Source of the DNA: an uncultured archaeon
GTDB lineage: Archaea; Asgardarchaeota; Lokiarchaeia; Sigyniarchaeales; SOKP01
Assembly (NCBI GenBank): GCA_964493715.1
Contig: CAZBPC010000027.1
Coordinates: forward strand, 1 to 34,743
DNA: 34,743 nucleotides
Reading direction: 5' to 3'
The notes beneath the pieces were generated by a model. That model was not told the DNA's origin, did no database searches, and worked only from the letters and a program-made list of their open reading frames with translations. The translations under genes and the position numbers were made by a program. Shown here one piece after another: positions 29,028 through 34,743 of the stretch; within the stretch, counting starts at the first letter, position 1; each line of letters begins with the position of its first letter.

Positions 29028-29405
29028 TTATATAAGTTTTGAGATTTTTTCACAAGTTCTTCTGCAATCCAACAAGATGAGTCCAAGACGTACCTCAGAA
29101 GTGGTTGAAACCGTGAGAACCGCATTTGGACCTGCTTGTAGGATAAGGAGGTACCCCGAACTGCCTTTTATGTAAAGTTGGTCAAAGTCCCCTTTTGACA
29201 TCTCTATTATAGCCCTTTCAGATAAGGAGAGTAATGCTGCGGTCATTGCTGCAATACGAGTTTCATCGACACCTTGAGGTAGTGCTGATGCGATTGGTAG
29301 ACCTTCAGCAGATACTATTGCGGCTGCTTTAACTTCTGGTATTGCTCCTAAGAGTTTTTTAAGAAGATCATCTAGATTTTCGGGAGTATTAGGATCCATA
29401 TTCAT
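29028..29405 (-). CDS. Roadblock/LC7 (MglB-like) protein
   Basis: AAAIVSAEGLPIASAL..DETRIAAMTAALLSLSER, QLYIKG..GYLLI, AVLTV, LGLILLD: canonical roadblock pattern. Confidence 0.95.
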   Translation of the reverse strand: MNMDPNTPENLDDLLKKLLGAIPEVKAAAIVSAEGLPIASALPQGVDETRIAAMTAALLSLSERAIIEMSKGDFDQLYIKGSSGYLLILQAGPNAVLTVSTTSEVRLGLILLDCRRTCEKISKLI

Positions 29406-29714
29406 TCGCGTCTTTAAATTAATTTCAAATTATTAGATAAATAAGATAGTATATACTATATTAAATGTAGTTTCTAAATATTTATTTTTTTTTATTTGTC
29501 TGAGTTATGTTTATAAAAATATATTTTATTCCATCTTTATTAAATTTTGTAATATCTGTATAAAGGTTCTTGTTAATTCAACGTAATTTTTACTTGGTAT
29601 TGAGATGATTTTTATTAGCTAACGATAACCTATAAAAGGAAAAATCACAAATTATTAATTCTATCGTTCATTTTATAGGTCATTAATAACCATCTACTTT
29701 ACGGGTGTGCAGCT

Positions 29715-30299
29715 ATTTTTACACTTTATCATCTATCATCAAAATGTGAAATACCACCATTCTTATTTGATCAACCAAAAGAGACAAGTGCTCGCATAAT
29801 TCTTTCTGAAGATTATGAAGGAATCATTACGCGTGATTATGGATTTATTATAGCAATTGTCGACGTGGTTAATGTAGGTCCAGGCATTATCATTCCAGGT
29901 AATGCAAACACGTTTCATGAGGTTGAATTTTCAGTTCTGGCCTTTAAACCTGTAATTGGAGAAGTGGTTGAAGGAGAAGTGGTTGAAATAGTAGACTTTG
30001 GAGCCTTCATTCGACTGGGTCCCTTGGACGGATTAGTACACGTGTCTCAAATTTGCGATGATTATATCTCTTATGAACAGGTCGGAAATAGATTTATTGG
30101 AAAGGAAACTGGAAAAATACTTGAAGTCAACGATCCTGTAAGGGCAAAAATCATTGCTGTTTCGATGGGTACAGGAAGAAGCGGTAAATTAGGATTAACG
30201 ATGAGACAGAAATTTTTAGGAAAACCTGAATGGATTCAAACTGACATCGAGGACGAGTATGCTGAGCCACAATCCCCGGAAGATGATGGTGAAGCATAA
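29715..30299 (+). CDS. rpoE1: DNA-directed RNA polymerase subunit E' (Rpo7), probable ATT start
   Basis: S1 domain EVVEGEVVEIVDFGAFIRLGPLDGLVHVSQI, LTMRQ..LGK. Homology extends 50 codons upstream of GTG 29865 (IFTLYHLSSKCEIPPFLF..YEG..GFIIAIVDV); no in-frame ATG/GTG/TTG after TAG 29676; GGTG 7 nt before ATT 29715. Confidence 0.93.
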   Translation: MFTLYHLSSKCEIPPFLFDQPKETSARIILSEDYEGIITRDYGFIIAIVDVVNVGPGIIIPGNANTFHEVEFSVLAFKPVIGEVVEGEVVEIVDFGAFIRLGPLDGLVHVSQICDDYISYEQVGNRFIGKETGKILEVNDPVRAKIIAVSMGTGRSGKLGLTMRQKFLGKPEWIQTDIEDEYAEPQSPEDDGEA

Positions 30300-30322
30300 A
30301 TTAGTGTCAAGGTGATGTCAAA

Positions 30323-30511
30323 ATGAAAGAAAGGGCTTGTAAAAATTGTCATTTAATAACCAAAAATGAGAGCATTTGTCCAAAGTGTAAAACTCATACA
30401 TTAAGTGATGATTACACTGGAGAAGTAATAATAATTAAACCTAATGAATCAAAATTCGCTGAATATTTAAAGATTCATTATCCTGGAAAATACGCTTTAA
30501 GAGTTAGGTAA
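30323..30511 (+). CDS. spt4: Transcription elongation factor Spt4 (RpoE'')
   Basis: ACKNC..CPKC zinc ribbon, PGKYALRVR C-terminus; AGGTGA ribosome-binding site; follows rpoE1. Confidence 0.96.
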   Translation: MKERACKNCHLITKNESICPKCKTHTLSDDYTGEVIIIKPNESKFAEYLKIHYPGKYALRVR

Positions 30512-30570
30512 GACAATCATTTGCTTTTACTTATTTTTAGATCCTGCATAAATAGCATTGAGTTTATATT

Positions 30571-31149
30571 ATGAATGATAACTTGAAAATTCAATCAAAC
30601 CAGCGTCAAAAATACTCTCAACCATTAGGTGATTTGATATCGGGATCTCGTGATGAAACGATTCCAAAAGTTATTGAAATTCTTAAAAATGTCAACACTG
30701 AGATTCAGATCTATTTAGTGGGGGATATTGTTTCAAAAGATTTTTTAAACTATCAATTTCTGAAAGAAAAAGTAAAAATTTCAATTATCGATGAAAAAAC
30801 AAAGAGAAAATCCGTCAATGCTGATTTTGAGGATTTTTTCGATGAGATTATTGAATTTGAAAACCCTGAAGGTACAATAAATCCCGACAGCTTTGATATT
30901 TTGAAAAAAATTGTTGAATCAGAAAAAAGAACTCTCTTAAAAATTACACGTGGTGAAGAAGATCTATTAGTACTACCTTTAACCCTTGTTTTACCGCTAT
31001 CAAAAACGATTAAAAGGTACATTTTTTATGGACAACCTCCAATTACAGACCGGAAGACCCCCCTTCCAGAAGGTATTGTAATGGTGAAAATTAATCGCCA
31101 CGTGAAAAAATTAGTTGCCCGATTAATTTCTTTAATGCAAAATAAATAG
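30571..31149 (+). CDS. GTP-dependent dephospho-CoA kinase (DUF359)
   Basis: PLG, VGDIVS, IIDEKTKR, NPEGTI, GEEDLLVLP, YGQP, GIV; conserved position after spt4. Confidence 0.92.
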   Translation: MNDNLKIQSNQRQKYSQPLGDLISGSRDETIPKVIEILKNVNTEIQIYLVGDIVSKDFLNYQFLKEKVKISIIDEKTKRKSVNADFEDFFDEIIEFENPEGTINPDSFDILKKIVESEKRTLLKITRGEEDLLVLPLTLVLPLSKTIKRYIFYGQPPITDRKTPLPEGIVMVKINRHVKKLVARLISLMQNK

Positions 31150-31161
31150 CGAAAATTGTAG

Positions 31162-31377
31162 TTATTGTCTATTTTGTTTATTATACAGATCGATAGTTAA
31201 TAAAAATAATATTAACCATGATATTATCGTGAAGATTAATAATAAATAGAAAAAACCTACGATAACGTTCTTTAACCAAAGCATGACAAAGCTGAGTATA
31301 AGTAATAAAATTATTTCAGAAATTAATAACGATCTGATGGACTTCTTTTTATTTGTGAAATTTACCATAATTTTCAC
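31162..31377 (-). CDS. Small hypothetical 2-TM membrane protein
   Basis: Basic N-terminus and two hydrophobic helices; fills the gap on the opposite strand; ATG 31368 is an alternative start. Confidence 0.5.
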   Translation of the reverse strand: MKIMVNFTNKKKSIRSLLISEIILLLILSFVMLWLKNVIVGFFYLLLIFTIISWLILFLLTIDLYNKQNRQ

Positions 31378-31483
31378 TAAAAAACCAAAATTTTATTTTT
31401 TATACTACCTTAATCATCAGTATCAAAGATTAATCTTTAATTTAATTGATTAATATAGCAAATAGTAAAAAAAATGGTTCAAA

Positions 31484-31843
31484 ATGTCATTTGATATTGA
31501 AATATTAGAAGAAAAGAAAAACCCATTAATCGATAGAACTGAAATTAAAATCAGAATAGAGCATTTTGGTGCCGGAACTCCTAATCGATTGGAAATTAAG
31601 AAGAAAATAGCAGCTTTAAAGAATGCCAATGATACACTAACTATAATACATAAAATCCAAACCCAATATGGATCCACACACGATCTTGGCGTAGTTAATA
31701 TATATGATAATATTAAGGAGCTCCAATTTTTCGAACCGTTTCATATCCAAGTCCGAAACCTGCCTTTGGATAAAAGAAACGAAATATATCAAGCAAAAGC
31801 TAAGAAAGAACCATACAAGCATTTATTTGGTTATATAGAATAA
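31484..31843 (+). CDS. rps24e: 30S ribosomal protein S24e (eS24)
   Basis: EEKKNPLIDRTE, H.GAGTPNRLEIK, I.TQYG, IYD, EP.H; synteny. Confidence 0.95.
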   Translation: MSFDIEILEEKKNPLIDRTEIKIRIEHFGAGTPNRLEIKKKIAALKNANDTLTIIHKIQTQYGSTHDLGVVNIYDNIKELQFFEPFHIQVRNLPLDKRNEIYQAKAKKEPYKHLFGYIE

Positions 31844-31868
31844 ATACATAAAAATAGTTGATAAATGA

Positions 31869-32090
31869 ATGACAAATCAATCAAAATTTTATAAAATTGA
31901 GGGAAATGATATCTCTTTAACTCATAGGATATGCCCAAAATGTGGCGATGGCTATAATTTAGGAGAACATTATGATCGATATGTGTGCGGAAAATGCCAT
32001 TATACGATTTTTAAAAGAAAAGGTGCTGCAGTAATGAGATCTAAGGGTAAAGGTTCAAGATCCCCTCGAAAACGTGTTAGAAGTCAATAA
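31869..32090 (+). CDS. rps27ae: 30S ribosomal protein S27ae (eS31) with basic C-terminal tail
   Basis: FYKIEG, CPKCG.G..L.EH.DR..CGKC.YT zinc ribbon; follows rps24e. Confidence 0.95.
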   Translation: MTNQSKFYKIEGNDISLTHRICPKCGDGYNLGEHYDRYVCGKCHYTIFKRKGAAVMRSKGKGSRSPRKRVRSQ

Positions 32091-32137
32091 GATCTAAGGG
32101 TAAAGGTTCAAGATCCCCTCGAAAACATGTTAGAAGT
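32037..32137 (+). repeat. Two-copy 48-bp direct repeat (32037-32084 and 32090-32137)
   Basis: AGATCTAAGGGTAAAGGTTCAAGATCCCCTCGAAAAC[G/A]TGTTAGAAGT, 47/48 identical, period 53 nt. Confidence 0.97.
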
Positions 32138-32217
32138 TTTTTGAAAAATTCTTTATTAATATATTCTACTATTATTAAGTATAAATTTCAATAAGTGCTT
32201 GTTAAAGTCTGGATTCT

Positions 32218-33231
32218 ATGAAAAAAAAAGAAGGGTTATGTCTTGGAATTGAATCTACAGCTCATACGTGGAGTGCAGGCATAGTTGATTTCAGTGGAAA
32301 AGTGCACGGTTTAGCTAACAACGTGTATATTCCCGAGGAAGGAGGGTTGCATCCTGCATTAGTAAGGGAATATCATTTAACACATATTAAGGACACGATC
32401 TTGAAAGTGTTACGAGAAGCAAGATGTTCTATGAAAGATATATCTTTAATTGCTTTTAGCCAAAGCCCTGGTTTAGGACCAATTCTAAGAATTGGGGCGC
32501 TCGTAGCACGGTTATTGAGCCAATTTCATAAGATTCCAATAGTTGGTGTAAATCACTGCATAGCACATATCGAAATTGGACGTTTAATGTGCAAAATAGA
32601 AGATCCATTAACTCTTTATGTCTCAGGGGGAAACACTATTATTAGCGCTTATGAATCTACTAGATACCAAATTTTTGGTGAAACACTTGATATTTCTATA
32701 GGTAATATGATTGATATGGTAGCTCGGGATGCAGGATTACCTCATCCTGGTGGACCAAAAATTGAGAAATTAGCAGAAAAATCGAATAATTACATCTCAT
32801 TACCATATGTTGTAAAAGGAATGGATTTATCATTTTCTGGTCTTTATACCGCCGCACGAAATTTAATTGAATCAAGCGAGTTAGGGATAAAATTTGAATT
32901 AGAGGATGTTGCTTATTCATTACAAGAAACCTCATTCTCAATGCTTACTGAAGTAACTGAACGTGCTTTAGCCCATACAAAAAAATCAGAAATGCTTCTT
33001 ACCGGTGGAGTTGCAGCAAACAAACGATTACAAGAAATGATTAGGAGTATTTGTGAAGATCATGGTACAAGATATGAGGTAGTACCTCAAAAATTTGCTG
33101 GAGATAATGGAGCAATGATCGCTTGGACAGGGATCTTACGATTTAAATCTGAGGGAGCATTTGATCTTTCTCAAACCAATATTAGCCCAAAAGAACGAAT
33201 GGACAATATTTCAATTCCTTGGCGAAATTAG
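32218..33231 (+). CDS. kae1: KEOPS tRNA N6-threonylcarbamoyltransferase Kae1
   Basis: LGIESTAHT, PGLGP.L, VNHCIAHIE, LYVSGGNT, GETLD, GMDLSFSG, TGGVAAN, DNGAMIAW. Confidence 0.97.
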   Translation: MKKKEGLCLGIESTAHTWSAGIVDFSGKVHGLANNVYIPEEGGLHPALVREYHLTHIKDTILKVLREARCSMKDISLIAFSQSPGLGPILRIGALVARLLSQFHKIPIVGVNHCIAHIEIGRLMCKIEDPLTLYVSGGNTIISAYESTRYQIFGETLDISIGNMIDMVARDAGLPHPGGPKIEKLAEKSNNYISLPYVVKGMDLSFSGLYTAARNLIESSELGIKFELEDVAYSLQETSFSMLTEVTERALAHTKKSEMLLTGGVAANKRLQEMIRSICEDHGTRYEVVPQKFAGDNGAMIAWTGILRFKSEGAFDLSQTNISPKERMDNISIPWRN

Positions 33232-33240
33232 GTGAATTAA

Positions 33241-33918
33241 GTGGAAAATAAATCTATAGTGAAAGGAGATATCTTACACAAAGGAGCAGAAGCTTCCATT
33301 ATTCATGGTTTCTGGTTTGGAAAGGAAGTAATTTTTAAACAAAGATCCCCAAAAAATTATCGGATAGAACCTATTGATAAACAAATCAGGTTAGCCAGGA
33401 CTCTTAATGAAGCTCGAGCACTCATAAAAGTTAAGACTTACGGGTTGAATGTCCCTCAAGTATTTGAGATAGACTGCACTACATCTACCATCATTATGAA
33501 GTATATTGAAGGGAAGAAATTAAAAGATTTAATTTCAGTATTTGATGATGGCAAAAAGAATAAGATTTTTTATGAAATAGGTAGATTTATAGCCAAACTG
33601 CACCAAAATGGGCATATCCATGGAGATATTACCACTAGTAACATAATCATAACATCAAATGAGGATGTTTTTCTCATCGATTTTGGATTACATGAATATT
33701 CTGATTCTATAGAAGATAAAAGCGTTGATCTTCACTTGTTTAAACGGGTTTTAATTTCCTCACATGGATCAGATTTTGACCAATGCTTTAAAGCATTTAT
33801 AAAGGGATATATCTCCGATTATGATTTGAATGGTTCAGAAAAGGGTAGATCTATTGTAAAAAACATTAAATCGATAGAAAGCCGTGGACGGTACGTGAAA
33901 CAAGAAGAAAGAAAATGA
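33241..33918 (+). CDS. bud32: KEOPS kinase/ATPase Bud32
   Basis: KGAEA, K.R.PK.YR, RT..EAR, HGDITTSN, IDFGL, EDKSVDL, RGRY; GTG start after AGGTGA. Confidence 0.96.
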   Translation: MENKSIVKGDILHKGAEASIIHGFWFGKEVIFKQRSPKNYRIEPIDKQIRLARTLNEARALIKVKTYGLNVPQVFEIDCTTSTIIMKYIEGKKLKDLISVFDDGKKNKIFYEIGRFIAKLHQNGHIHGDITTSNIIITSNEDVFLIDFGLHEYSDSIEDKSVDLHLFKRVLISSHGSDFDQCFKAFIKGYISDYDLNGSEKGRSIVKNIKSIESRGRYVKQEERK

Positions 33919-34180
33919 ATAAAATTTTTTCATCTAATCTCAAATAATCGATGAAAAACTGTCAATAACTCTTTAATAAGACAAAATATTTTATATCTGA
34001 TATAGAAATCTTTAAATACCGTCATTATGGACACATAATTTTATATATAAGCTAATCTTATAATTTATTACTAAAAATTTGGTATTGTTAGACGCTAAGA
34101 ATATTTATCTGCTTTAAACATTCCATATTTCACCCATCATATCAATAATCTCATAATTAACAAAATTAGGATTACATATA

Positions 34181-34387
34181 TTGACCGAAACAGACGAAAA
34201 GAAACCTAAAATGGTAAATATTACCATTAATATCCCTCATCTTTATGATGAGAATATTCAAAAATTAATAGATATGAAAATTGTCCCAAGCCGTTCTGAA
34301 GCAATTAGAATTGCCTTAAGAGAATATCTACAAGATGAATATGATGAAAATTTGGGACTTTTAGGATATTTTAAAAAGAAAGAATGA
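34181..34387 (+). CDS. Ribbon-helix-helix transcriptional regulator (CopG/Arc/MetJ; CdrS/aCcr1-like)
   Basis: Strand NITINIP, helix, then PSRSEAIRIALREYL; ATG 34211 is an alternative start. Confidence 0.88.
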   Translation: MTETDEKKPKMVNITINIPHLYDENIQKLIDMKIVPSRSEAIRIALREYLQDEYDENLGLLGYFKKKE

Positions 34388-34443
34388 TTTTAAAAATTTT
34401 TTTAGAAACTAGATTTTTCATAAATAAATAATTACCGAAATGT

Positions 34444-34698
34444 TTATCTTTTTCTTCTAATTTTTCTAGCTTCCCTCTCGACTTCCCTTAACACTACGAT
34501 GTCATTAACGCGTATAGGTCCCTTGACATTTCGGGTTAAAATCCGGTTTTTATCTGGACCATCCAGGATACGCACTTTAATTTGGCTTATTTCTCCGGTA
34601 AGACCAGTACGACCAACAATTTGGAGAACTTCAGCAGGAATAGAAAAATCATATGGTTGCTTTTTTTGTTCCCCTTTTGATTTATCAATTTTTACCAA
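34444..34698 (-). CDS. rps28e: 30S ribosomal protein S28e (eS28)
   Basis: [21 protein letters not shown]....RIL.RNVKGP.R..DI..LRE.EREAR; TTG 34698 lies 6 nt after GGTG (track start is GTG 34710). Confidence 0.96.
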   Translation of the reverse strand: MVKIDKSKGEQKKQPYDFSIPAEVLQIVGRTGLTGEISQIKVRILDGPDKNRILTRNVKGPIRVNDIVVLREVEREARKIRRKR

Positions 34699-34711
34699 AA
34701 AATACACCACT

Positions 34712-34743
34712 TTAAGTTCTTAATGCTCCTAATTTCTTAATAA
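34712..34743 (-). CDS. 3' end of an upstream gene, possibly ribosomal protein L7Ae (partial)
   Basis: Minus strand reads IKKLGALRT-stop just before rps28e; identity inferred only from the common archaeal rpl7ae-rps28e order. Confidence 0.35.
   Translation of the reverse strand, partial: IKKLGALRT

Noticed and set aside
29958-29987. 15-bp tandem repeat GGAGAAGTGGTTGAA x2
   Set aside because: Encodes GEVVEGEVVE, the normal start of the Rpo7 S1 domain.
29865-30299. ORF-track start of rpoE1 at GTG 29865 (144 aa), or a truncated pseudogene
   Set aside because: The upstream 50 codons are in frame, stop-free and match the Rpo7 N-terminal domain.
32037-32137. Mini CRISPR array
   Set aside because: Only two copies, 5-nt separation, first copy is ribosomal protein coding sequence, no cas genes.
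1-34743. Selenocysteine or pyrrolysine readthrough, tRNA/rRNA genes, IS elements
   Set aside because: Recognised proteins appear full length without internal stops; no cloverleaf, rRNA-like GC-rich tract, transposase or terminal inverted repeats noticed by eye.

Overview
AT-rich (about 30% GC by eye), gene-dense archaeal chromosomal segment, most consistent with an Asgard archaeon of Lokiarchaeia type. The basis is archaeal information genes (rpoE1/Rpo7, spt4, GTP-dependent dephospho-CoA kinase, rps24e, rps27ae, separate kae1 and bud32, rps28e) next to eukaryotic-signature genes (a Rab-like small GTPase, two roadblock/LC7 proteins, a membrane protein with a C-terminal longin-like domain). The left two thirds is accessory metabolism: MtaA/UroD-family protein, geranylgeranyl reductase, flavodoxin, two ICMT-family methyltransferases, a sequon-rich surface protein, GH20 hexosaminidase, heterodimeric ABC exporter, Fe-S aldo/keto reductase, sulfatase and peptidases. 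Best leads: (1) an MFS-like transporter fused to a longin-like domain, lying in a cluster with roadblock and small GTPase genes, a possible transceptor/GTPase signalling module; (2) rpoE1 apparently starting at a non-canonical ATT codon at 29715; (3) a 48-bp tandem duplication of the rps27ae 3' end; (4) an uncalled 52-aa tail-anchored protein; (5) a decayed paralog remnant at 4228-4296. No tRNA, rRNA, CRISPR array or transposase was recognised. All family calls come from motif reading by eye, not database searches.
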